Source of the DNA: Dehalococcoidia bacterium
GTDB lineage: Bacteria; Chloroflexota; Dehalococcoidia; GIF9; UBA5629
Assembly (NCBI GenBank): GCA_050011565.1
Contig: JBEKIW010000005.1
Location: forward strand, 64,001-128,000
Length of the DNA: 64,000 nucleotides
Direction of reading: 5' to 3'
The number at the start of each line of letters is the position of its first letter. Within the stretch, counting starts at the first letter, position 1. Position numbers and translations under genes: made by a program. The notes below the pieces were generated by a model. That model had not been told where the DNA came from. It made no database searches and saw only the letters and a program-made list of their open reading frames with translations. This document shows, piece after piece, positions 42,509 through 51,216 of this stretch.

Positions 42509-42955
42509 ATGAAAGCCAGAAATAAACGAGTTCACAATAGAAAGCTACAAGTGAAGCTTTCACCCACAGTTGACCGAGAAAAACTGCTGGTGAGAATCAA
42601 TACAGCCGATAAACCTACCGATATTAATTGGTATGATTACATTCATCTAATAAACAAAGCTAACGGTATGAAGGTTGTGTGCAAGCTTCATGGTGATGAT
42701 ATTCCAGAGATTGAGAATAGGAAAAGGGGACTTCTTTATATAAATGAGCCTTTGAGGGGCAAAATTGGAATTGAAAAGGGCAATGTGTTGGAGTTTACGA
42801 TCAGCAAGGCTTCAGCTTCAAGATGGATTGTCTGGTATTACTTTGTTTGCTATCACCCAGATGATACAGTAAGAGTGGGTACTTGGTTAGGCATTATTGC
42901 TGTTATTATCAGCATTCTCAGCATACTTTTGGGTATCATCGCATTTATCTATTGA
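42509..42955 (+). CDS. Hypothetical protein, beta-barrel-like soluble domain plus C-terminal TM helix
   Basis: 148-aa ORF; LYINEPLRGKIGIEKGNVLEFTI segment and hydrophobic tail. Confidence 0.65.
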   Translation: MKARNKRVHNRKLQVKLSPTVDREKLLVRINTADKPTDINWYDYIHLINKANGMKVVCKLHGDDIPEIENRKRGLLYINEPLRGKIGIEKGNVLEFTISKASASRWIVWYYFVCYHPDDTVRVGTWLGIIAVIISILSILLGIIAFIY

Positions 42956-43115
42956 AAAAAGCGCCCCTGCAGACATGGTTACTCATAGCTTAACCACAAA
43001 TACGACTTAGACCACCTGATTCCCAGTCCGAATGTCTTGCTTTCTCCATAAGAAATTAGTATGCTTAATATTAAACAACTATTGAACTGAACATTTATTA
43101 AGGGGAGGTAATTAA

Positions 43116-43490
43116 ATGGATGTTGGTGCTTTACCTATTGTGGCTTGGTCATTCGTGACGGGCTTGGCAACAATTGGGACATTACTATTTGCACGAATCA
43201 GTATAGAAAGGGCGGAGAAGGATAAGAATGACCACCATTTAAGAATGGGATTTGCTGCAAGTATTTTAATATTGTTGAGTTTTCTAATTAATATCTGGTG
43301 GCGCATATATGTTACGTGGGGTATTAGTGACCTCATCGGAGCAATAATCGTATCTATAATACCTTTAGCTGTCCTTTTATTCTACTTACGTTATCGCAGT
43401 AAATGGGTTTTTATAATACCTATATGTGTTCTAGCGTTTTTGTTTTTCCTATTAAGCGCAATTATCGCATTTCAGTTAATGCGAAGCTGA
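43116..43490 (+). CDS. Hypothetical 4-TM membrane protein
   Basis: GGGGAGG Shine-Dalgarno; four hydrophobic stretches. Confidence 0.65.
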   Translation: MDVGALPIVAWSFVTGLATIGTLLFARISIERAEKDKNDHHLRMGFAASILILLSFLINIWWRIYVTWGISDLIGAIIVSIIPLAVLLFYLRYRSKWVFIIPICVLAFLFFLLSAIIAFQLMRS

Positions 43491-43618
43491 CAAATGTTTT
43501 GCTCCTTGATTTATTAAAGTAGTGCCTGCATACTCAAATTCAAGTGAACTAGATAGTGCTTTCGGATTGACCTTCGGAGTAACACTTCAAAGGTCAACCT
43601 CCCCATCTACACAAACAG

Positions 43619-43658
43619 AAAAGGCAGGACAACCCCGACGGTCAACTTCCTGCCTTTT
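43619..43658 (-). terminator. Putative intrinsic terminator downstream of the tRNA fragment and mutS
   Basis: 11-bp inverted repeat aaaaggcagga/tcctgcctttt, T-rich tails in both directions. Confidence 0.6.
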
Positions 43659-43666
43659 ACGTTCAT

Positions 43667-43709
43667 TGGTAGCGGGGGTTGGATTTGAACCAACGACCTT
43701 CGGGTTATG
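43667..43709 (-). tRNA. 3' half of initiator tRNA-Met(CAT) (att-site fragment, not a full gene)
   Basis: Minus strand CATAACCCGAAGGTCGTTGGTTCAAATCCAACCCCCGCTACCA: anticodon, CCC of the initiator stem, perfect T-arm and CCA; 5' half absent. Confidence 0.85.
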
Positions 43710-46284
43710 GGTTCGAATCTGACCTCATTGCCTTCCGCTTCAGCTCGTAGAGCCTGGTGATGGCTTCAAGTGGGGACATGGAGTCGATATCAAGCTGGCT
43801 GATTTCTTCTATAAGCGGAGACTTATCCCCGAATAGCGCCAGCTGCGGAGGCGATTCCTTCCTGGGCCGCACGGCTTTACGCTGCTTTTGCTGAGTCTGG
43901 CCGTTTTCCAATCCAGCTAAAACCTCCTCTGCCCGATGCACCACCGTTGCCGGCAATCCTGCCATTTGTGCCACGTGTATGCCGTAGCTTTTGTCAGCGC
44001 CGCCGGGGACGACCTTGCGCAGGAAAATTACCTTGCCTTCCTCTTCGGCGACCGCTACATTGAAGTTTTTTACCCGGGGCAGAAAACCGGCCAACTCCAC
44101 CAGCTCATGATAGTGAGTGGCGAAAAGGGTCTTAGCCCTGAGCCTGGGGTGGTTGTGTATGAACTCCGCTACGGCCCAGGCAATGGAAAGCCCATCATAA
44201 GTGCTTGTACCTCGACCGATCTCATCCAGTATAATCAGCGACTTCGGCGTGGCATTATTGAGTATGTTGGCGGCCTCAACCATCTCCACCATAAACGTCG
44301 ACTGCCCAGCAGCTAAGTCCTCTTGAGCTCCGATGCGTGTGAAAATGCGGTCGACTATTCCAATATTGGCTGAATCAGCCGGTACATAACTGCCTATCTG
44401 TGCCAGGAGCACAATCAGCGCTACCTGCTTCAAATAGGTGGACTTCCCCGCCATATTGGGACCGGTAAGAATAATAAGCTGTGTATCTTTATTGCACAGA
44501 TAGGTATCATTAGGTATAAAACCGTCACTGCCCAGGCTTCTCTCCACGACAGGATGCCGCCCTCCTTTTATAGTTACGGCATCCTCGGCGGTCAACTCCG
44601 GTCTGGCATAGCCATATCGGACCGCTGCCTCAGCCAGACCGGCAAAGACATCGATCTCGGCCAGTGCCCTGGCTGAAGCTAATATTTTTTCATCGCTGGC
44701 GGCTATCTGCTGGCAGACCTGCCGGAAAAGCGCCGTTTCAAGCTCAACAATTCTTTCCTGCGCGTTCAGAATGACCGACTCATACTCCTTAAGCTCCGGC
44801 GTGTAGAATCTTTCGCCTCCGGTTAACGTCTGCTTTCGAATATAGCTTTCGGGCACTAAGTTCAGGTAAGACTTTGACACCTCGATGTAATAGCCGAACA
44901 CCCGGTTATATCCCACCTTCAAAGCCTTGATACCGGTGCGCTCTCTTTCCTGCCGCTCCAGGTTCGCCAGGTAGCGTTTGGCTTCGGATGCTGCCTGTCG
45001 AATCTCATCGAGCTCTTTAGAAAAGCCGGCCTTTACCACACCGCCCTTTTCCAGGCTGGCGCCGGGCGCATCGACAATCGCCTCTTCGATTAAGCTCACC
45101 GCATCGGGGCAGGGCTTAAGCTCGGAACTGAGCCAGCCCGGGAAACCTTCGCCACCTTCTATCTCCGCTTTCACCTCGGCCAGCTTCTCCAGGCTGGCAC
45201 GCAAGGCAACCAGGTCCCGGGGCGTGGCCGTGCCGCCACCTACGCGGTTAATTAAGCGCTCCAGGTCGGCAATATTTCCGAGAAGAGCTGTAACCTTACG
45301 TCGAATTAAGGAATTATCATGGAACCAGGCGATAACTTCCTGCCGGCTGGTCAATTGCTTTATGTCAAGCAGCGGCTGGCCCAGCCATCTCTTGAGCAAT
45401 CTGCCTCCCATCGCCGTTTCCGTCAGATCGATTACAGAGAGCAGAGAGCCGGAGCTGGCTCCCCAGCGAGCGCTGGAGAATAGCTCCAGGTTGTGCCGGG
45501 TATGAGCATCCAGGACCATAAAGGATTGAGTTGAGTAGGTAGTAAGCTGGTCCAACTGCCCCAGTGCCGCCTTCTGGTTCTCTTGCAGATAACGAATAAT
45601 GGCGCCGGCAGCCATGACAGCCAGAGGCAGATGAGCACAGCCGTATCCTTCAAGTGAAGCCACGCTGAAATGGTCAATCAAAGTTTGCGCCGCGGTCTCC
45701 AAATCAAACCAGTATTCATCGACGCGGGTTATTAAGGCCGGTGACATTGCGCCACCGGTATCCAGACCTTCGGGAAGAAGCAGTTCAGCCGGATGCAGGC
45801 GCTCCAGTTCATCGGAAACCTGCCCCGTAGGGAGCTGAGCCGTGGCGAACTCGCCGGTGGTTATATCCACATAAGAGATGCCCGCTTCATCGCCGTCGAT
45901 AACCAGGCTGACCAGATAGTTATTGCTCTTATCAGCCAGAAGCCCGGGCTCAACCACCGTCCCCGGCGTCACCACACGTATTACGTCGCGTTCCACCAAT
46001 CCGTTACCGGGTGGGCTGAGCTGCTCGCAGATGGCCACCTTATAACCTTTGCCGATGAGCCTGGCCAGGTAGTTATCCAAGGCGTGGTAGGGAATGCCTG
46101 CCAGGGGCACCCGCTGCCCTTTTCCCATCTCTCTGGAAGTCAGCGTGATTTCCAGCTCTCGTGCGGTGGTCTTGGCATCATCATCGAAGGTCTCATAGAA
46201 ATCGCCCAATCGAAAGAAAACGATAGCGCCGGGATATCGTTGTTTGATTCTAAGATATTGCCGCCTGAGGGGAGTTATCGGCAA
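43705..46284 (-). CDS. mutS: DNA mismatch repair protein MutS
   Basis: FRLGDFYETF, TGPNMAGKST, STFMVEM, DEIGRGTST and SYGIHVA. Confidence 0.98.
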   Translation of the reverse strand: MPITPLRRQYLRIKQRYPGAIVFFRLGDFYETFDDDAKTTARELEITLTSREMGKGQRVPLAGIPYHALDNYLARLIGKGYKVAICEQLSPPGNGLVERDVIRVVTPGTVVEPGLLADKSNNYLVSLVIDGDEAGISYVDITTGEFATAQLPTGQVSDELERLHPAELLLPEGLDTGGAMSPALITRVDEYWFDLETAAQTLIDHFSVASLEGYGCAHLPLAVMAAGAIIRYLQENQKAALGQLDQLTTYSTQSFMVLDAHTRHNLELFSSARWGASSGSLLSVIDLTETAMGGRLLKRWLGQPLLDIKQLTSRQEVIAWFHDNSLIRRKVTALLGNIADLERLINRVGGGTATPRDLVALRASLEKLAEVKAEIEGGEGFPGWLSSELKPCPDAVSLIEEAIVDAPGASLEKGGVVKAGFSKELDEIRQAASEAKRYLANLERQERERTGIKALKVGYNRVFGYYIEVSKSYLNLVPESYIRKQTLTGGERFYTPELKEYESVILNAQERIVELETALFRQVCQQIAASDEKILASARALAEIDVFAGLAEAAVRYGYARPELTAEDAVTIKGGRHPVVERSLGSDGFIPNDTYLCNKDTQLIILTGPNMAGKSTYLKQVALIVLLAQIGSYVPADSANIGIVDRIFTRIGAQEDLAAGQSTFMVEMVEAANILNNATPKSLIILDEIGRGTSTYDGLSIAWAVAEFIHNHPRLRAKTLFATHYHELVELAGFLPRVKNFNVAVAEEEGKVIFLRKVVPGGADKSYGIHVAQMAGLPATVVHRAEEVLAGLENGQTQQKQRKAVRPRKESPPQLALFGDKSPLIEEISQLDIDSMSPLEAITRLYELKRKAMRSDSNP

Positions 46285-46370
46285 ATTCCACCCGCCACTA
46301 TTTTACTACTTCCCTAGCCAAGGACAAAGATGTTGTATCAGTCGGGGCACTTAATGATGCAGTTTAGTAC

Positions 46371-46416
46371 TGTCATTGCTACGAGCCCTTCCACGGAAGA
46401 GCGATATATTAATCTC
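46371..46416 (+). repeat. Degenerate REP-like element with internal hairpin
   Basis: tgtcattgct..agcccttccacggaagagc..aatctc; shares its internal hairpin with the 25001 copy. Confidence 0.5.
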
Positions 46417-46575
46417 AAAAGTGCAAAAACAAACCGTCAGAAGACAAAATGACAATTCAAAAGTTTAAAACAGGAGGTTTTTTCAGGTCTGTTCGTTTCC
46501 AAAAAGCTAAGGAAATAGAAGGTTATTACATGTTTTATCTGTATTTTTGATTTTTACCTTTTTGTCTTTGATTTC
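46417..46575. repeat. Degenerate fold-back element of roughly 7-nt A-rich / T-rich repeats
   Basis: Left arm caaaa-type units (agacaaaatgacaattcaaaag); right arm ttttga-type units (tttttgatttttaccttttttgtctttga-like). Confidence 0.45.
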
Positions 46576-46576
46576 T

Positions 46577-47146
46577 TTAGAGCCTCGGCTTGCAGATTAT
46601 CTCTTTGACCCTGAGAGCGAAGGCATCATGAGCATGAGCCGGCTTTACTACGATAGCCGTATCCGCCCCTCTGCCTGTTCCGGCAATGGCAATGACCTCT
46701 TCGTCCGGGCTTACAAGTCCGGCGTCGGCAGCCATCATGGTTATCTCAATTGCCACCTTCATACCCTGGCCAAACACCCTCAGCGTATTGGCCATGAAGT
46801 CGCCGAGCACGTGCGTAGCAAAAGTCCTCCTGATGGCATGAGATATACCACCGAAGGCATGAGCGCCGGTGAAAATCTCAGCCCCCAGCTTCTCTATTTT
46901 CTGCCTGTTTTCCGGGGTAAGCTCTTGCGTGCCGGGAGCCAGAAAACCACTGGCGTGTGTGACCACAACTACTTTATAGTCTTTGAATTCTTTAGCTGTC
47001 TTAACTGCAGTGTCGCCCTTCGTGGTGGCTACGATAATTCTCTTTATGCCCAGCTCCCCGGCCCTGGCTTTAGCCAGCCTCAATGTTTCCTCCGTGTTGT
47101 CGGGACCGAGGGAATCGAAATAAAAAATACTGGTTTCTCTTGCCAT
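46577..47146 (-). CDS. Pyruvate kinase C-terminal (alpha/beta) domain family protein
   Basis: YF..GPDNTEETL, IIVATTKGDTA, FGQGMKVAIEI..MAADAG, GTGRGADTA and EIICKP. Confidence 0.85.
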   Translation of the reverse strand: MARETSIFYFDSLGPDNTEETLRLAKARAGELGIKRIIVATTKGDTAVKTAKEFKDYKVVVVTHASGFLAPGTQELTPENRQKIEKLGAEIFTGAHAFGGISHAIRRTFATHVLGDFMANTLRVFGQGMKVAIEITMMAADAGLVSPDEEVIAIAGTGRGADTAIVVKPAHAHDAFALRVKEIICKPRL

Positions 47147-47185
47147 AAGCGCTTTTTCAGGAACTATCTGGCAAACTTATTACCC

Positions 47186-47665
47186 CTATTCCACCTTAAA
47201 AGTGGTACTGGCTTTTTCTAGCCCGTCGACACTTATTACGACCTGATAATCTCCCTTGGGCCATTTGTAGTCCGGTAGAGGACGGGCGTACACAGTGGAT
47301 GTATAACCCTGACCCTCATTTGCAATAGTAGCCGTCTGCGTCTCTATAACAGCGTTTTTACCTGTAATAGCCTCGGTATTCGGGTCTCCCCCCACATATA
47401 TCCATTTTGCTTCAAGCTTGGCGCCAACAGGAAAACCTGACATCTTGAATGAGCAATAAAATCCGGCGGCGTCCGTGGTAAAAACAGTGGTGGGATTAAT
47501 CGGTCTGTTGTTACTATCTACGGCGGTTGACATGGTTATATCGCTAATAACGCCGGTTTCAGAGCTAGCTTTTTTCAGGCTGCATCCTGTAACTAAAACA
47601 GTTACTAATAGAAAAACTATGGCAATGCCAAGTGCTAACTTATAAATCTTACTTCTATTATTCAT
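47186..47665 (-). CDS. Putative lipoprotein
   Basis: Basic N-terminus, hydrophobic stretch, LVTGC lipobox and Ig-like W..GDY.V tail. Confidence 0.75.
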   Translation of the reverse strand: MNNRSKIYKLALGIAIVFLLVTVLVTGCSLKKASSETGVISDITMSTAVDSNNRPINPTTVFTTDAAGFYCSFKMSGFPVGAKLEAKWIYVGGDPNTEAITGKNAVIETQTATIANEGQGYTSTVYARPLPDYKWPKGDYQVVISVDGLEKASTTFKVE

Positions 47666-47791
47666 TAATGTCCTCCGCAATATTCTTTTCAGATAATTCA
47701 AGCATGGATAAAAATATTAAAGGATACGCCTTATTTTGTCAAACTCTGATTTTATAATTTCAAAAATTTTTCAATTTATCAACCAAAAATA

Positions 47792-47820
47792 TTGACAAAT
47801 TCATAAAAGTATGTTAGCGT
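47792..47820 (+). promoter_or_regulatory. Putative sigma70 promoter of the kamA operon
   Basis: TTGACA-17 nt-TAGCGT with TG extension in an AT-rich intergenic region. Confidence 0.5.
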
Positions 47821-47886
47821 GTTAATGAAGAATATTTCATAATTTAATATAGACCATAATGACGGTAAATTAAGGAGAAACAATAG

Positions 47887-49257
47887 ATGACAAAATTGGC
47901 AGAAATAAAGAACAAGGTTGAAGAGGAGGAACCTCCAGGCTTTACCACTACGAGGAATGAAGTAGTGGTGGAGGATGAAGAACCTCCAGGTAGCATGGCC
48001 GTTACCTCTGGTACGGCCGTAATTAGTGAAATTACCTTCCTCACCAAAACATCGAGAGAAAATTGGATCGACTGGAAATGGCAATTTCGTAATAGAATAA
48101 CCACCGTTGAAAAACTTTCAACCGTAATCCCCCTCTCAGCTAAAGAAAAAACTCAGCTTAAACTGGTAACCACAAAATATCCACTTTCAGTAACACCTTA
48201 TTACCTTTCTCTAATCAACGTATACGACCCTGATGACCCTGTTAAGAAACAGGCTATACCCTCTATCGAAGAGATAACTCTTGGCAATCTGGGTTTTGAA
48301 GACCCGCTCGGAGAAAGAAGAGATTCCGTAGTCCCAGGTCTGGTTCACCGTTATCCCGACAGGGTACTAATGGTGCTCACAGACATTTGCCCTATGTTTT
48401 GTCGCCACTGCACGCGGAAGAGAGAATGGCACAACGGCGGCTGGGTACGCACTCCAGCAGAAATCAAGTCTATGCTGGACTACATCCGCAGGCACAAGAA
48501 TTTAAGGGATGTTATTCTCTCCGGCGGTGACCCGCTGACTCTGTCGACACAGCGATTGGAAGATGTTATCTCCAAATTGAGGCAGATAGACCATGTTGAG
48601 ATAATCCGAATCGGCACCAGGTTCCCGGTGGTATTACCGCATCGCATAGATAACGAACTATGCGACATGCTGGCAAAATACGGGCCGATATGGCTCAACA
48701 CTCAGTTCAACCATCCCAATGAGATAACGTCTGAATCAGCGGCAGCCTGCAACCGTCTTTTACGGGCCGGAATTCCAGTGAACAACCAGTCAGTGCTTCT
48801 TCGCGGCATAAACGATGACGTTCAGACTCAGATTAGGCTCTGCAGCGGCCTGCTTAAGATAAAAGTGCGGCCATACTATCTCTTTCAGTGCGACGAGGTC
48901 CGTGGAACAGAACACCTGCGCACGCCCGTGGAGACCGGAATTAAAATAATAGACGGCATGCGCGGTCGTACCTCAGGCTTGGCTATTCCAACCTTCGTTA
49001 TAGACCTGCCGGACGGCGGCGGCAAAGTGCCTCTGCAGCCGAACTATGTGCTGACACAAACAAAAGAAGAGCTGGTATTAAGAAACTATCAGGGCCGTTT
49101 CGTGTGGTATCGGAACCCCAAAGACAAGACCGCACTGGAACCAACTATCGAAACGGATTCAATCAATAATCCGTTTTCTGACAGCCTCAATGAACCACAA
49201 CGTCAGCTACAACCAGTAAGAGTCAGAAATGAAAATAGGTCTCGCGTACGACCTTAA
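47887..49257 (+). CDS. kamA: KamA family radical SAM/PLP enzyme (lysine 2,3-aminomutase-like)
   Basis: WIDWKWQ, GLVHRYPDRVL, CPMFCRHC, SGGDPL, NQSVLLRGIND, YLFQCD and IDLPDGGGK (PLP lysine). Confidence 0.93.
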   Translation: MTKLAEIKNKVEEEEPPGFTTTRNEVVVEDEEPPGSMAVTSGTAVISEITFLTKTSRENWIDWKWQFRNRITTVEKLSTVIPLSAKEKTQLKLVTTKYPLSVTPYYLSLINVYDPDDPVKKQAIPSIEEITLGNLGFEDPLGERRDSVVPGLVHRYPDRVLMVLTDICPMFCRHCTRKREWHNGGWVRTPAEIKSMLDYIRRHKNLRDVILSGGDPLTLSTQRLEDVISKLRQIDHVEIIRIGTRFPVVLPHRIDNELCDMLAKYGPIWLNTQFNHPNEITSESAAACNRLLRAGIPVNNQSVLLRGINDDVQTQIRLCSGLLKIKVRPYYLFQCDEVRGTEHLRTPVETGIKIIDGMRGRTSGLAIPTFVIDLPDGGGKVPLQPNYVLTQTKEELVLRNYQGRFVWYRNPKDKTALEPTIETDSINNPFSDSLNEPQRQLQPVRVRNENRSRVRP

Positions 49258-50236
49258 AGACGCGGTCATCTCCACATCGAGCAACCCCGAAGATGCACTC
49301 GAAGAATACGACTCGCCGGAAACAGTAGAGGCTATCGCCGCTGTAATTGAGCCTCTGGGGCATTCCGTGATTAAACTCGGCGGTGGCAAAGAGTTCATCG
49401 TTAGCATTCTCCAAAACGACCTCGACTTTGTTTTCAACATCTGCGAGGGGTTAGGAAACTACAAGAGCCGAGAGGCTCAAGTACCGTCCGTCTTAGAGAT
49501 GCTCGGAGTGCCTTACTCAGGTTCAGACCCCCAGTGTTTGGCTATATGCCTGGACAAACCTTTGACTAAAACACTGGCGGCGGCAGCAGGTGTTCGCACC
49601 CCAAGATGGAGGTTAATCACCGATCATAATCAATTGTACGATATGAAGGCTGATGACTTTCCGCTCCCTGCTTTCGTCAAGCCAGCCTACGAAGGCTCGA
49701 GCAAAGGCATTCGGCTTGGTTCCAGGGCAGAAACCGTGGCACAAACATCTGAGATAGCCGCAGGACTCCTAGAGCGCTACCAGCAGCCGGTGATGATTGA
49801 GGAATTTATCGCCGGCGACGAGGTGACGGTTGGCATGCTGGGCAATTCTCCGCCGGCAGTTCTGGGCATTATGCGCATACTGCCCAAGCAGAATAACGCT
49901 CATTTTATCTATTCGCTCGAAGTGAAGCGGGAATGGGAGCAACTGGTAGACTACGAATGTCCGGCACGGTTAAGCACTGGCACTCCGGAGGAAATTACAG
50001 ATTTATGCTTTAAGGTCTTCAAGACATTGGGCTGTCGTGATTTTGCCAGGCTCGACTTCAAACTCGATTCACAGGGAGTACCTTATTTTCTGGAGATAAA
50101 TCCACTGGCAGGGCTCAACCCGAAGAGCGGTGATATGCCTATTATGGCATACAAGCTAGGCTGGACATATCAGGCTCTTATTTCAACTATATTTAATGCT
50201 GCCTTACAAAGGTACCCGCAGTGCGTCCGAAGATAG
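49229..50236 (+). CDS. D-Ala-D-Ala-ligase-like ATP-grasp enzyme 1
   Basis: VFNICEG, PYSGSD, LDK, VKPAYEGSSKGI, EEFI, ARLDF and LEINP; lacks the Ddl GG.S.E N-terminus. Confidence 0.9.
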   Translation: MKIGLAYDLKDAVISTSSNPEDALEEYDSPETVEAIAAVIEPLGHSVIKLGGGKEFIVSILQNDLDFVFNICEGLGNYKSREAQVPSVLEMLGVPYSGSDPQCLAICLDKPLTKTLAAAAGVRTPRWRLITDHNQLYDMKADDFPLPAFVKPAYEGSSKGIRLGSRAETVAQTSEIAAGLLERYQQPVMIEEFIAGDEVTVGMLGNSPPAVLGIMRILPKQNNAHFIYSLEVKREWEQLVDYECPARLSTGTPEEITDLCFKVFKTLGCRDFARLDFKLDSQGVPYFLEINPLAGLNPKSGDMPIMAYKLGWTYQALISTIFNAALQRYPQCVRR

Positions 50237-51210
50237 CTATTATCTATAACGCGCCTAACCCTGATCTCTATGGGACCGTAGTAGAAAAGAAGGCATCGCT
50301 TACCATCATTGATTCGGTAGAGGCAGTTTACCGGGCGCTTACTGAGTCCGGATACCCCGTGATTCGTTTACCTCTCCTGCCACCGCTCGAGTCAGCCAAA
50401 GACAGCCTTAGAAAGCTAGAAACAGATTTAGTTTTCAATCTGTTCGAAGGCTTTGATGGCTGCCCGGAAACGGAGCCGGCTATAACCAATTTTCTTGCCG
50501 AACTCGGTTTGACCTACACCGGTTGTCCCGGGACTGCCTTGTCCTTCGGGCTGGACAAAATAAATACGAAAGCTCATCTGGCGGAGATGGGAACAGAAAC
50601 GCCCCGATACCAGCTATTAGGCCCGAAGACCTCGTCTTTGTTTTATCTGAGTTATCCCTGTATTGTTAAGCCGTATGGGGAAGACGGAAGCAATGGTATT
50701 TCGGAAGAAAGCGTGGTACACGATTTGGCTTCACTGGAAAAGCAGGTAGCAACCATAAGCAGACTTTTTGGGAAAAGAGCGCTGGTTGAGGAGTTTATTG
50801 ATGGTCGTGAATTCAACGCCACAGTCCTCGGCACCAGCCCCCCCAAAGCCCTGCCTATCTCCGAAATAATCTATTCTCTGCCGCCCGAGCTGCCCAGGAT
50901 TCTCACTTTTTCTGCTAAATGGGACCCTCAAAGTATCTATTTCAGCGGTACTAAAGCCGTCTGCCCTGCCGAAATAGATACTGAGCTTCAGGAGCGTATA
51001 ACTCATACTGCTTTACTTGCCTTCAGGTTACTTGGCTCTCGCGGGTACGCCAGAGTCGACTTTCGGCTTGATTCTGAAGAGAAGCTGAAAATCATTGAGC
51101 TAAACCCCAACCCTGACATATCCCCTGACGCCGGCGCAGCTCTCCAGGCCAAGGTCGCCGGGCTGAGTTATAATCAGTTTATTGAACAGATTGTGCAACT
51201 GGCCCTGTAA
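50221..51210 (+). CDS. D-Ala-D-Ala-ligase-like ATP-grasp enzyme 2
   Basis: VFNLFEG, YTG, LDK, IVKPYGEDGSNGI, EEFIDGRE, YARVDFR and ELNPNP. Confidence 0.9.
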   Translation: MRPKIAIIYNAPNPDLYGTVVEKKASLTIIDSVEAVYRALTESGYPVIRLPLLPPLESAKDSLRKLETDLVFNLFEGFDGCPETEPAITNFLAELGLTYTGCPGTALSFGLDKINTKAHLAEMGTETPRYQLLGPKTSSLFYLSYPCIVKPYGEDGSNGISEESVVHDLASLEKQVATISRLFGKRALVEEFIDGREFNATVLGTSPPKALPISEIIYSLPPELPRILTFSAKWDPQSIYFSGTKAVCPAEIDTELQERITHTALLAFRLLGSRGYARVDFRLDSEEKLKIIELNPNPDISPDAGAALQAKVAGLSYNQFIEQIVQLAL

Positions 51211-51216
51211 AGAAAA

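Larger units (their letters stand above)
41510..43709. mobile_element. AT-rich genomic islet / degenerate integrative element remnant (left boundary approximate)
   Basis: Visible composition shift, three orphan ORFs, tRNA 3'-half at the right end; no integrase present. Confidence 0.6.

Noticed and set aside
42430-43115. Integron attC sites between islet genes
   Set aside because: No clear RYYYAAC...GTTRRRY boxes with an extended hairpin, and no integrase.
43522-43722. 66-aa ORF ending LVAGVGFEPTTFGLWVRI
   Set aside because: The tail is the antisense translation of the tRNA fragment.
43709-43725. GGTTCGAATC on the + strand, like a second T-loop
   Set aside because: The flanks do not pair into a T-stem and it lies within mutS codons.
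46547-47221. 224-aa + strand ORF and other long antisense ORFs over housekeeping genes
   Set aside because: They shadow well-supported genes on the opposite strand and have no motifs.
49229-51210. Annotation as cell-wall ddl or van resistance ligases
   Set aside because: No mur or van context, missing Ddl N-terminal motif, and coupling to kamA and a GNAT.
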